A stretch of 64,000 nucleotides of DNA from Octopus bimaculoides (taxonomy: Eukaryota), in the NCBI RefSeq assembly GCF_001194135.2, contig NC_068984.1, positions 4,214,407-4,278,406 on the forward strand, read 5' to 3'. The translations under genes were made by a program, and so were the position numbers. The notes beneath the pieces are model-generated. The model searched no databases. It saw nothing but the letters and a program-made list of their open reading frames with translations, and had not been told where the DNA came from. Shown here one piece after another: positions 1-12,523 of the stretch (positions are counted from its first letter, which is position 1; each line of letters opens with the position of its first letter).

Positions 1-36
<36 letters not shown>

Positions 37-199
37 GACGGGCTACTTTTCAGTTTCTGTCTACCAAATCCACTCACAAGGCTTTGGTCAGCCCGAGACT
101 ATAGTAGAAGACACTCGCCTAAGGTGCCATGAAGTAGGACTGAACTTGGAATCATGTGATTGGTTAGCAACTTACTTACCACACAGCCACTCCTGCGCC
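37..199 (-). mobile_element. tRNA-head SINE (family A), 5' part
   Basis: Reverse complement of GGCGCAGGAGTGGCTGTGTGGTAAG...GGTTCAGTCC...CCTTGGGCAAGTGTCTTCTACTATAG, which recurs more than 10 times in the window. Confidence 0.8.
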
Positions 200-434
200 T
201 ACATGTATGTATGTGTATATATATAAATGTATATCTAAGTCTCTGATCATTCTCTGAAATTAGTAAATTACAGGGCTCAATAGAAATGTGGAGTATTTCA
301 AAAGAAAACCTGGCTCGTTTAATCGGCTGATAATGAGAAACGACTGACTCTGAATACTGCAAATCAGAGCCTTTCAGTTATAATGTATTATCTATCTGTC
401 TGCCTGTCTGTCTATCTGTCTGTCTGCCTGTCTG

Positions 435-465
<31 letters not shown>

Positions 466-720
466 GCCTGTCTGTCAATCTACCAATCTATATGTCTGTC
501 TATTGATCTCTCTCTCCCTCTCTTATATATATATACAGATATAGGGCAGGGAATCATCAATTAGTAATAAAATTAATAATTAACAATTTTGCCATCACCA
601 TCCGTTAGAGAAAAAAATTTGTAGTTTGGAATCAGTAGTTCTTTGACTGCTATTTCTAAATTTTCAGTATGTTGGAGAAGCAGCTCATGCTAATCCCTGT
701 ATATTTATGATTATATATAT

Positions 721-821
721 ATCATCATCATCATCATCGTTTAACTTCCGCTTTCCATGCTAGCATGGGTTGGACGATTTGACTGAGGACTGGTGCAACC
801 GGATGGCTACACCAGGCTCCA

Positions 822-822
<1 letters not shown>
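721..822 (-). mobile_element. RTE LINE 3' tail (short 5'-truncated copy)
   Basis: (CAT)n-CGTTTAAC-TCCGCTTTCCATGCT-GCATGGGTTGGACG motif shared with about 20 copies in the window. Confidence 0.7.
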
Positions 823-855
<33 letters not shown>

Positions 856-1109
856 CAAAGAATATATATACATGTATACACACATATATGTACATACTTA
901 CATCTACATGTGTATATACATGCATATCAGGGTACAGGACGTTAGAACAATAAACTACAGACAACGGAACGAACACAAAGGAAAACGGAAAGCCACTTGG
1001 AATATCCCTTCATCAGCTGTCTCTATTCTATCTAGACGTTTCGAAGACAAGACATATATATGTATCTATACATATATATCTGTACACATATTTATGCACA
1101 TATATATAT

Positions 1110-1411
1110 ATGGTTGTTGCTAGGGCCACGGATTGGCTCCCGTGCCGGGGACACATGAAAATCACCATTCGAGCATGATCGTTGCCAGCATCGCTTAACT
1201 GGCACATGTGCTGGTGGCACATGAAAAACAACATTCAAGCGTGGTTGCTACCAGTGCCGCCTGACTGGCTCCCGTGCAGGTATCATGTAAAAAACATCAT
1301 TTGAGCATGCTTATTGCCAGAACTGCCTGACTGGCCCTCGTGCCAGTGGCACGTAAAAGCACCCACTACATTCTCAGAGTGGTTGGCGTTAGGAAGGGCA
1401 TCAAGCTATAG
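1110..1411 (+). mobile_element. RTE 3'UTR fragment with tandem GTGCC-N3-GGCAC hairpin units
   Basis: Several units such as gtgctggtggcacatgaaaaacaacatt and gtgccagtggcacgtaaaagcacc, followed by gagtggttggcgttaggaagggcatc. Confidence 0.65.
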
Positions 1412-1465
1412 GAACTTTGCCAGTATACACACACACCCACACACACACATATACATATACATTCT

Positions 1466-1886
1466 GTTATTCTTTTACTTGTTTCCATCATTAGACTGTG
1501 ACCATGCTGGAGCACCACCCAGAAGATTTTTGTCAAACAAATCAACTACAGTACTTATTCATTTATTTTTAAAGTTTGCTACATATTCTATTGCTCTCTT
1601 TTGCTGAGCTGCAAAGTTTTGAGGGCATAAACAAACCAACACTGGTTTTCAAGCAGTACTGAGATACACACTCTCACACACACACACACATATAAATATA
1701 TATTTACAAATATGTATGTGTGTGTGTATATACAACAATCTTCTTGCAGTTTCCATCTACCAAATCCACTGACAAGGCTTTGGTCAGCCTGGAGTTGTAG
1801 TGGAAAGTACTTGCACAAGGTGTGACGCAGTAGGACTGAACCCAGAACCATATGGTGTGGAAACAAACCTTTCACCACACAGCCAT
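1466..1886 (-). mobile_element. tRNA-head SINE family A, full length
   Basis: Family 3' end (ttttacttgtttc...gaccatgctggagcacc), internal (CA)n, and 5' head (caaatccactgacaaggctttggtc...ccacacagcc). Confidence 0.75.
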
Positions 1887-2325
1887 GTCATCACCAGTCA
1901 CCTCTTTTCTGTGCCTTCTCCTCGCTATGTTGTCATGGTCACCCCTATTCTGTGCACTCACCTAGACAAAAACCTCTCTATCACCTCACTCACACCAGCC
2001 TCAATTTTTCTAAAGGGCTTATCCCAACACATCTTTGCCACTGTCTCCCTCATTGTCACTCTCTTTATCTCACTCTCTAACTCACCCTTCTCCCTTTTCC
2101 AACTGGGGTATCTACATATCTGCTCTACAGTAAGACACCTACACCTGTCTTTCTGTACCTTTAATCTCTCACCTACTTGCACAAAGCACCCTCACCTCAA
2201 TACTACTCCCTCCTCCCAGCCGAGGGGAGTTTGTCTTGCAAGTTACATGGTGACCCTGTTGATGTTGGTGCCATGTAAAGAGCGCTGGGGCTGGCATCAC
2301 ATAATAGCCGTGTTAAGTCGTTCCA

Positions 2326-3120
2326 TCTGTTGAACATAGAGTTCCGCATTGACCGCTTGGTTCCATTCAAGCAATTCGTAATGGATAATCCCTTCCCAGT
2401 CCTACCATATGCACAACATCGTTTTACATGGATGAAGATTTTGTTTCACGTGTTGTGTCACTTGTTTACCAGGGCTAAGAAATTCCTTACGCTGCTTCAT
2501 ATTGATGTACAGGCACCAGTTTTCGTCACCAGTAATGATTCAGTAAAGAAATCGTTGCTTGTGTCCATGAGTTGATTTTTGTTGTTGTCACTTAAAGCAT
2601 GCAGAACCCATGCTCCATACTTCTGAACCTTTCCCATCGAGTGAAGATGCTTCTCTATAGCAGTGTAGGAGCATTCTCTTGTCATTTGACGAGAACTTTC
2701 GTGCAAAAGTTGGTTTAATCGCTCTTCATTGAACTCAACTGGATGGCCAGAACGAGGTGCGTCTTTGAGGTAAAAATTTCCATTTTTGAACTTGGCATAC
2801 CAATCACAAGCAGTTCATTCAGCTATGGCACCCTCTCCATACACAGCACAAATGTCGGCGAGCAGCTTTTGCAGCCTTAGAACCTTGATTAAAAGCAAAA
2901 AGAAGGAGGTGTCGAAAATGCTCGGTTTTCTTAACTTGACATTCCATTTTAATGATCTGAAAATAAACAAAAATTAACAAAAATTAACTAGAAAAAAACA
3001 AAATAGATTCCAAAATGATTCAAAAATAGAATTCTCAAAAAAATTAGATTCCAAAACTTAAAAACGCAATAAATTCCAAAATTTAAAAAAAACAGCAAGA
3101 ACTTAGTTGCCAACCCAATA
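2326..3120 (-). mobile_element. Decayed mariner (Tc1/mariner) transposon: 5' TIR and N-terminal ~60% of the transposase
   Basis: The minus strand begins TATTGGGTTGGCAACTAAGT (mariner-type TIR, 3120-3101). ATG at 2947 gives MECQVKKTEHFRHLLLFAFNQGSKAAKAAR, followed by HSMGKVQKYGAWVLHAL (WVPHEL-like) and a degenerate ITGDE motif. Frameshifts, stops and deletions are present. Confidence 0.88.
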
Positions 3121-4306
3121 ATAATGTTATTCCTGTTCTCAGCCATTTATAAACACTAACAGATCCACTATCATGAACTTCATACATTTTAAGTTTAAGG
3201 GCAATCCCTACTTTTTAATCTTAGCTGGATGGAATCGGTCTTGAGAAATAAATAATTTTGCAATATCTGCACCACAGAAAACCTGGAAGTCTTCTTTTCC
3301 CAGAGTTCCCCGATTGAACAAACGCTGAATTCTTTTCATCCTTCGTGCACAAGATACCTCTAAGGCATTTTAAACCTGACAACTATTGAGGCTACTAATC
3401 AATGAATATAACTACTTTCCTTCCGTCAGACACTAGTCTTGATTCACTATTTTGTATTCATTAATTTATATTTTATGTAACCAATAACTAATTGATTATT
3501 GTCTTTCTTTCGTTAGTTGTGATCCATTTCATGATTTTATGCCATTATCTATTATTCTATATCATGTGTTAAATTTTATACATGATAACACATCTTACAT
3601 TTACAAAACTAACTTTCACACCACATATAACGTTGCCTTTATAGCGCAGTCAATTATTAATTTGCACACGTTTTGATCAATCATATTATGTACTACATTA
3701 TACCACTTAATTTATATTAATTCATATAATTTTTTATCCCTTGAATCCATCAATCTTAATTATTTTAATATCACTATTTCTACCTCTCTCTGTCGGTTCA
3801 TTGGTTTTCTATTTGCTGATTGACTGTTATTTTCTACCTTGTCACTTTTTTGTTTTTTTGGTGGCTTGGTGTTCAGTTTTCTTGTCTCATCCATTGATGA
3901 GGAGTGGGAGAAGATAAACAATTTTCATTTTGTTGTTATATTTGCATATTTACTGAATTTATCTATTTAATGATGGTGGTTTGAACGTTTCTTTTTTTTT
4001 TTTGGTCAGTTTCTGATATCATATTGTGTTTGTGAATATTGATGTCATCGAAGGTTGATTTGGTTGGTGAGAATATTATTTCCATCAAAACTTGGAAATC
4101 TTAATGATTTGTTTGTTTGTGATTGAATTTAACTGTAAAAGTAATTAAGGAGATATTTATTTCTAGAGGAGTTTGCAAGTGGGTTTTCATGGTTGAGCGG
4201 TTTTTGCTAATGTTCTTTGTTTTGGTCAGGAATGAAGACTTCTTTACTGGGTAGGCAGTTTGGAATGGCTTCTGTTCCACTTGTAAAAGATTGTTGTTAG
4301 TTTACA

Positions 4307-4832
4307 GCATAGGTTCTCAAAGTGGGTGCTACCGCCCCTCCAGTGGGTGTTCAGAGGGTCCAGGTGGGCACTGGTGTCTAAGGGGGTGGTGCAGGGGTGG
4401 GTGGAGAAAAGGAGGCATTGGGAAGAAGGCAGTGGATTGGAGGACACTATGAATTTATAATAATATTATTATAGTATTGTCTACAAATTATATAATATTA
4501 TATTAAATATCAAATGATTCATAGTATATATAGATTAATAAATCATCATCATCATCGTTTAACGTCTGCTTTCCATGCTGGCATGGGTTGGACGGTTTGA
4601 CTGGAGACTGGTGAGCCAGATGGCTGCAGCAAGCTCCAATCTGATTTGGCATGGTTTCTACAGCTGGATACCCTTTCTAATGCCAACCACTCCGAGAGTG
4701 TAGTGGGTGCTTTTACATGCCACTGGCACGTGGGCCAGTCAGGCGGTACTGGCAACGGCCAAAATATTTATTTATGCATAAAAATAGGGGTGGGGGCGCT
4801 GAGGGCATTATGTGGCCATGAGGGGGGGGGGG
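4307..4832. mobile_element. Probable hAT-type MITE, interrupted by an RTE tail and cut by an N-gap
   Basis: Left end catAGGTTCTCAAAGTGGG resembles the hAT cagtggttctcaa terminus, with G-rich internal sequence. The right end is lost in the gap. Confidence 0.4.
4543..4760 (-). mobile_element. RTE LINE 3' tail
   Basis: catcatcatcgtttaacgtctgctttccatgctggcatgggttggacgg...ctacagctggatacccttt...aaccactccgagagtgtagtgggtgc. Confidence 0.75.
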
Positions 4833-5737
4833 NNNNNNNNNNNNNNNNNNNNNNNNNNNNNNNNNNNNNNNNNNNNNNNNNNNNNNNNNNNNNNNNNNNN
4901 NNNNNNNNNNNNNNNNNNNNNNNNNNNNNNNNTTGTATCATAAAAAATCTTTGGATATGTTTGTGTGTTGTAGTTAGAGCTTGTTTTTTTTTGTTATCTT
5001 TTGTATAGACCATCTGATTTAGTATGTTTGTTTCTGTGTGTGTGTGTGTGTGTATGTGTGTGTGATTGTTGAGTGGTTTTTGCTTTTGTTTTTTGAATTT
5101 TGTTTTGATTAATGATGAAGGGTGCTTTATGAGGTGGAGGTTTGTTGTGGTTTAATGAGGTTGTCCATTAAACTAATTAAAGAATTTTCCTTATTTATCA
5201 TGTATTATTTGAATGATAGATCTTAGGGGTGTGTGTATGTGTGTGCATATATTGTGGTCAAGGATTTTTGTATTTTGTGTATTAGTATAGTTCAGTATGT
5301 GAGCGTGTTTTGGCAAATGCTTATTTCTAAATTATTTTTGTGTATGCGTGTGTAGTGTATCATGTTTAATTTGAGTTGGGTATTTATGGTTTGATTCTTG
5401 TGGCAGTTATTTTTGGTTGATATGTCTAGAAGAGCTGTAAGTTCCAACAAAACTGCATGAAGGAGATGTAAAACCTTTATATTAGGGTGAAGACAGCATG
5501 TCTTGAAGCCTAGCAACTCAGAATAAAAACTGACACAATGTAGTCGGAACATTTTACTCTTCTTAGAAATTTCTCTCATATGGGTGGAATGGTAAAGTGT
5601 ACTCAATCCATGTTATAAAGTGTCTTGTGATGGGAAAAACAACTTAGCATTAGATCCAAATCCATGAAAATCCCTAATTGCATACACAAGGCTAACATCT
5701 ACCATATTAATGCTATGAATGCTAATGGAGTGTTCAG

Positions 5738-5966
5738 GTGGAAACAGCTGGCCATTTGTGAATAATAGTGGAGTGTTAAGATGGAGATATCTGGCCATCT
5801 GTGAATAATAGTGGAATGTTGAGGCGGAAGCATCTGGCAATCTGTGAATAATAGTGGAGTGCTGAGGTAGAAACATCTGGCAATCTGTGAATAATAGTGA
5901 AGCATTAAGGTGGAAACATCTGGCCTACTGTGAACAATAATGGAATGTTGAGGTGAAAACATCTAT
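5738..5966. repeat. 43-bp minisatellite, about 5.3 units
   Basis: The gtgaa(t/c)aata anchor recurs at 5758, 5801, 5844, 5887 and 5930 (period 43). Unit is approximately gtggaaacatctggccatctgtgaataatagtggagtgttgag. Confidence 0.92.
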
Positions 5967-8683
5967 CACCCCACTTCATTTCAAAGCCACAAGTAACCCC
6001 TTTTTGTCTCTGTCAGGTGCAAAACTTCACAGACACAACTAACAACTTTGCTCAGGTATATTGCAGAAGTATGTTACAAATGTATTTTACAGAGTGATGG
6101 GACACTACTTTGTTGATTGAGCAAATAATACACCCATACATAACTATGCAGCACATGTTAATACAGAACAAGAAGCTAAATATTGTTAAAAAAAAAAACA
6201 AACAAACATTAATAGAAATACACTAAAAACGTTCTGCTCTGGAATTCTATAACTTCATCTTTTCACCAATATTTCATAATCAGTTGAGGGTTTAATTAAT
6301 ATGCTTTCCTCAATTAGTTTTACCATTGAATAGTGATGTTTAATTTAAACTGGAGAGAGACACATGTTTTTTTATTATCATGTGCTGTGATGGTGATTTT
6401 CACTGTCAAAGGGAAAATTTTGGTAACACAATGATTCTTTGCAAATCATGTGAACTGTATTATACACATACAAATATATATGCATGCATACATATATATT
6501 TATATACACACACATCTATATGTGTGTGTGTGTGTGTGTACATATGAGCATGTATTTTAATTAGTACGCATTTCATTAAGCCAGCCTCTGAAGTCCACCA
6601 ATCCTCACCATTTCTAAACACAATAAATGTTAGAAATATTGCTTAAACAACAGTTGCCATCTTTTGTGTTTTGCAATATTCCAACACAAATCAATTTGTT
6701 GCTAAGGAAAAAAAAATGACCTAATAACGCATTTCCCTTTGTAAACACATTCAGATCTGATGTGTGTTTATTTGTATTTACTTGTGTGTTTGTGTGTGGG
6801 TGTGTTTTTATGTGTGGGTGTACGGGAGTTTGCAAACTCACCACTCTTACATTTGTTGTTATAATGTAGTTGAACTAACGCTAAGAAGCATTACCCTCAA
6901 ACCATTTGGGACGTTCCACACAAAAGAAGGATACCAGTCACTTGGTGATGCAGCAAACTTAAAGTTGCATCCTGGTTATATATCATCACCATCATTGTCA
7001 TCACCATCATAATGTCATCATGCTGGCATGGGTCATGCAAAATGTTTTGAAGTAGGTTTTCTACAGCAAGATGATATTTTTCCTGATGCCAGTCTTCACC
7101 TATTTCCAACTATGGTAATATTTCCCCATGGCTGAAAGGTTGAACATGTTTTCACAGAAGAATGGAAACAATGACAATGATTTTGTACAAACATATATAT
7201 ATATATATATATATATANNNNNNNNNNNNNNNNNNNNNNNNNNNNNNNNNNNNNNNNNNNNNNNNNNNNNNNNNNNNNNNNNNNNNNNNNNNNNNNNNNN
7301 NNNNNNNNNNNNNNNNNNNNNNNNNNNNNNNNNNNNNNNNNNNNNNNNNNNNNNNNNNNNNNNNNNNNNNNNNNNNNNNNNNNNNNNNNNNNNNNNNNNN
7401 NNNNNNNNNNNNNNNNNNNNNNNNNNNNNNNNNNNNNNNNNNNNNNNNNNNNNNNNNNNNNNNNNNNNNNNNNNNNNNNNNNNNNNNNNNNNNNNNNNNN
7501 NNNNNNNNNNNNNNNNNNNNNNNNNNNNNNNNNNNNNNNNNNNNNNNNNNNNNNNNNNNNNNNNNNNNNNNNNNNNNNNNNNNNNNNNNNNNNNNNNNNN
7601 NNNNNNNNNNNNNNNNNNNNNNNNNNNNNNNNNNNNNNNNNNNNNNNNNNNNNNNNNNNNNNNNNNNNNNNNNNNNNNNNNNNNNNNNNNNNNNNNNNNN
7701 NNNNNNNNNNNNNNNNNNNNNNNNNNNNNNNNNNNNNNNNNNNNNNNNNNNNNNNNNNNNNNNNNNNNNNNNNNNNNNNNNNNNNNNNNNNNNNNNNNNN
7801 NNNNNNNNNNNNNNNNNNNNNNNNNNNNNNNNNNNNNNNNNNNNNNNNNNNNNNNNNNNNNNNNNNNNNNNNNNNNNNNNNNNNNNGTGTGTGTGTGTGT
7901 GTATGTGTGTGTGTGTGTATGTGTGTGTCTCCTTGTCTTGACATTGCATAATAGTCATAAATGATTGTCACTGTTATATGAGCAGTGTCATTTATTTTCC
8001 AATATTCTGCCAAAACATGTCTGGCTATGGGAAATTATTACCTTCTTTGGAAACAGGTAAGAATTGGCATCAGGAAAGACATCCAGCTGTACAGAAATCT
8101 TCCTCAAATAAACTTTGTCCAACCCATGCCAGCATAGAAAAGTGGATGCTAAATGGTGGTGATGATGATGATGATGATTTTCCATACAGGTAGGAATAAG
8201 TCAAAACTTGTTGAAGTGGTTTTCTATAACCAGATCTTCTTCTCTTTCTGATTTTTCCTTGTTTTCAGGTAAGCTCATATCTCCCCCTTATCTTGTGGAC
8301 AACAAAACAGTTGAACATTCTTTTGCAGAGAATTGTAAAGAAATGACACCGATTCTGGCTTTGTTTGCAATTAGCATACACATGAAGAAGACACAAACTC
8401 TCTCTCTCTCTCTCTCTCNNNNNNNNNNTGCGTACGCTGTATTCCTGCATGGTGGGAAACTGGCAGAACCATTAGCATCCTAAACAAAATTCTTAGCAGC
8501 AATCCTTCTGGTTTTATGTTCTGAGTTCAAATTCCACTGAAATCGATTTTGCCTTTCATCAGTTTGTGTTCCATAAAATAAGTACCTGTTGAACACTGGG
8601 GGTCAATATAATTGAGTGGACCCCTTTGACAAAATGTCAGGCCTTTTGTTTGTTGCAAAAAGAATTATTATCATGAACTACAG

Positions 8684-9316
8684 AAGTGGTTCCCAGCCTG
8701 GGGTCTGCGGACCCCTGGTGGTTTGCAAAGATAGTACTGTGGGGTCCGTGAACTGAATTCAAAATTTCACATATATATTATCATCATCATCATCATCATT
8801 TAACATGCTGACATGGGTTAGATGGCTCGACTGGGGTCTGGGAAGTCAGGAGGCTGCACTAGGTTCCAGTCTGATCTGGCAAGGTTTCTACAGCTGGATG
8901 CCCTTCCTAACGCCAACCACTCTGAGAGTGTAGTAGGTGCTTTTACGTGCCACCGGCACAGAAACCAGTCAAGGCGGCGCTGGCATCGGCCACATTCAGA
9001 CGGTGCTTTTTATGTGCCACCAGCATGGGGGTCACCACTACAATTTCCATTTGGTTGTGATTTGATTTGATTTTGATTTTGATGTACTTGACTCAATAGG
9101 TCTCCTCAAGCACAGCATGTTGCCCTACGATCCAAGGTACTTTTGACTGATATATGTTACAGCTGTGAACTCATTTTATTTGCTGGGTCTTCACAGTCAC
9201 AGCATATATATATATACACACACACACATAAGAATAAGCTTATCAAAAGGGGTCCAGGGGGAAACTCATTTAAATAAAAGGGTTGGGAACCACTATGAAA
9301 TGGTTCAGAACCACTG
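8684..9316. mobile_element. hAT-type MITE with 8-bp TSD, carrying a nested RTE tail
   Basis: AACTACAG at 8676-8683 and 9317-9324. Termini are aAGTGGTT and AACCACTg, with an internal second terminus gggttgggaaccact at 9280-9294. Confidence 0.85.
8781..9207 (-). mobile_element. RTE 3' end (ORF terminus YAVTVKTQQIK* plus 3'UTR)
   Basis: Family tail, hairpin units and ggtctcctcaagcacagcat. The minus strand of about 9168-9205 reads tat gct gtg act gtg aag acc cag caa ata aaa tga. Confidence 0.7.
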
Positions 9317-10159
9317 AACTACAGTATTATCAATACTGTCATTAACTATTGTACATTGTCAACATTATCAATGATATTAGTATAATCAACATTATCATTA
9401 ACAACAGCATTATCGATATTCTTGTTATCTTCAGTGGTGAATGTCATGAAAGCAATCTGTATGCTATCTATTTTAGCCAACAATAACGATAATCTATAAC
9501 AGTATATTTTAACTTCAAAGTTAATAATAATAATAATAATAACAACAATAATAGCAATATTAGTTATGCAATCAGCAATTATTTATGAGAAATTAGTAAA
9601 TATTTTATTCAGTCGTATTTGAAGCAATTTCATTTCATGCTGTCTCATAAACAGTCATTCACTTTTATAACTTATCCAGTTATCGGTGTCGTCGTGTTTG
9701 GAATAAAAGAACCAGAAATATTTGTTATTGTTTAAAAAACAGGAAAACAAAAAACAAAATGACAAGAAACATATTCAAGAAAACCTTGAGTTTATTTTTA
9801 ATAAACTTTCTATTAATGGTCGACATAAACTAAAATGAAGTCGTTTAACACTTCATCGAGATTATTAGAGTATGTGTGCAGAACTATAGGAATAATAGCT
9901 GAGTAATTTTGTCTGAATATTACACACACATACACACACATGCATGCACGCTCATATCACATATACATAGACATACACACATCATAGTGATTTGAAGTAG
10001 ATATCGTCATTGTTTGCTACAGATTTATATTTCTCTAAGAAATCTTCACATTTAGATGTAGTATTCATCATCATTGTCATCATCACCATCGCTCTCATTA
10101 TCATCATTGTCATCATTTTCCTTATCATCATCATCATCATCATTTAATGTTTGTGTTCC

Positions 10160-10337
10160 TGCTGTAATCCTCCAGTATAGCAGTAGAGTTAGTTAGACAA
10201 GTAAGACACGGCTATCTATCTGTGACTGACTACTCGACTGACACCTTTGACTGGCTACGTCACAGTATTTGTAATGACTAACACATACCACTTGTCACGT
10301 GGAAGGGTGTCCCGTTATTACTATTATCCCCATAACA
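10160..10337. mobile_element. Solo LTR (178 bp) inserted in an RTE tail
   Basis: TG...CA termini (tgctgtaat...ccataaca) with 5-bp TSD GTTCC at 10155-10159 and 10338-10342. The interrupted RTE tail resumes after it. Confidence 0.72.
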
Positions 10338-10764
10338 GTTCCACACTGGCATGAGTTGAACTGTTTGACAGGTTCCACCATATTGGAGGTCTGCTTTGAG
10401 CTTCATTACCTGCTTTGGCTTGGCTTCTACAGCTGGATGCCCTTCCTTACACCAGCCACTTTACAGAGTGTGGACTGGGTGCTTTTTACGTGACACTGGC
10501 ACTAGTAGGGTCACCAAGTAAATTGCAAGATGAGGAAGAAGATTCTATGACTGCAAGATGTTGTAGTAGAGAGGGAGATGTCTTTATGCCTATATTAGTT
10601 TAACACAACCACAAACCAAATGAAAATATTCTGTTTGACATTTGATAGAGAATGCAATGCTGTGACTTTGATCTCTTCATGAATTTGAAAATTTAACCAA
10701 TCAATTGTCATTGCTTGAATATGTGGCCTCTGTAGCACCCCATAGATATGGTAATATAAGGCAG

Positions 10765-11272
10765 TGAGCTAGAAGAATCGTTACCACACCAGAAAAAGTG
10801 CCTGGCAGCATTTCTTCTGACTTTACATTCTGAATTCAAATACTGCCAGTCATCCTTTCAGGGTTGATAAAATATGAACCAGTTGAACTCTGGGGCTTTC
10901 ACCCTTCTGGTTTCACCCGAGGCCTTAGTAGAAGACACTTGCCCAAGGTGCCACACAGTGGGATTGAACCCAGAACTATGTGGCTGGAAAGCAAGCTTCT
11001 TACCACACTGCCGCTCCTGTGTCTAATGATTCTTCCAGTTTGCTGCCTTACATAGTGATTTCAAATTTTGGCACAAGGCCAGCAATTTCGGGAGAGTGGG
11101 GCAAGTCAATCACATCAACCCCAGCGCACAACTGGTATATATTTTATCAATCCCAAAAGGACTAAAGACACTGTTGACCTCAGCAGAATTTGAACTCAGA
11201 AAAAAAAGACAGATGAAATTCTGCTAAGCATTTCGCCTGGCGGTCTAACAATTCTCCCTTCTTGCTGCCTTA

Positions 11273-11305
<33 letters not shown>

Positions 11306-11480
11306 CCTTTCTAGTATAGGCACAAGGCCAACAATTCTGTTCTTGACTGGGACTTATTTCGTTGACCCCTAAAGAATAAAAGGCAGTGTCAGCCTTGATG
11401 GAATTTGAACTCAGAACACAAAGCCAGACAAAATACCGCTAAGCATTTTGCTTGGCATTCTAACAATTCTGCCAGCTCAC
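10765..11480. mobile_element. Cluster of SINE fragments (family B +, family A -, two family B -)
   Basis: Recurrent motifs ctgaattcaaat / gaatttgaactcag (B-box-like), catcctttcagggttgataa, and agaagacacttgcccaaggtgcc. Confidence 0.65.
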
Positions 11481-12523
11481 CACCTTAATAATAATAATGA
11501 CATATTAACAGTTGTAATGAAGACTAAAATCCCAAATTATGGCAGCGTGGGTACCCCCCCTGCCCCACCCCCACCTCTTTCACCACTAAAAAAGAGTGCA
11601 CACATGATGACATCAAGTACAGCAAACAACAACAACAACAAGAGTTTCCTCCAACTAAAACAGCTTCAGTTTCCCTTGGGGAGAGGATGTTGAGGGTTAA
11701 AAACATAGGAACAGGCGGGGATTGTATAAACCGTTTCAAAGGGCTGCTTGTCAAATAGCATTGATGATGTTGTTGTTGTTGGTGGTGGTGGTGGTGGCAG
11801 AGGGGTGGGTGGGGCATAGCTGAGAGAATTCAAAATATACAAAATGCTTGGATGCAGTTGTTTTTCTTGCAGATTAAGCATCCCTTATCTCTGAATGTTG
11901 TTTTTGTTGCTGTTGTTGTTGTTAATCCGGATATTGTTTTTGTTGTTGATATTGCTGTTGCTACTGCTACTGATAGTGTTGTTGTTTATTGCTGCTCCCG
12001 ATGATGATGATGATGTTTTTTTATCTTGTTGTTGTTGATGACGATGATGATGTTGTTATTGTTGCTATCAATGGAGGACAATTTATTCATAATGTCCCTG
12101 TTTGGCTGCTGCTGCTGCAGCCATTGCCGTTGTTGTAGTTGTTGTTTGTCAAGGTAAACAAAATTGAAATTACTTTATAAAATGCAGATCCCTAACATGA
12201 CTGTGCTGCCCCTTGTTTGTCCCTTTTTAAGGATTTTCTCTTTAAACTCATATTTTTTTCCTTGATCATTTCTTGATATTATGTTCCGTCCCGCCCACAG
12301 CAAAACAAAATAGTGGACCAACTAATTGTATATCACTTCCATCCATGGCCACTCCATGCTATGGAGTGTCTCCTCCATGCTATGATTAACATTACTGTTT
12401 CTTAGTTCCTGCCAGTCCTTTCTCTAAATCCCTCCAAAATTGCTTCCCTGCCAACATGATACTTACATACATCAACTAAACAGCAGTACTTACATCAAAT
12501 AACAACAGTGTAAGAGCAATTGC

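Noticed and set aside
1800-2333. 177-aa ORF, plus similar C/T-rich ORFs at 42487-43597 (+) and 62174-62644 (-)
   Set aside because: These are antisense or off-frame readings of SINE/RTE-derived and GA-rich repeat sequence, with no independent protein signature.
3240-5560. AT-rich, strand-biased sequence that may be an ancient Penelope-like remnant
   Set aside because: I could not recover a convincing RT or GIY-YIG motif by eye. It needs a profile-HMM search.
6017-6055. 39-nt + strand exon-like segment (VQNFTDTTNNFAQ) with a good acceptor
   Set aside because: The donor is weak (GTATAT) and there is no similarity to SAMTOR or any protein I recognise.
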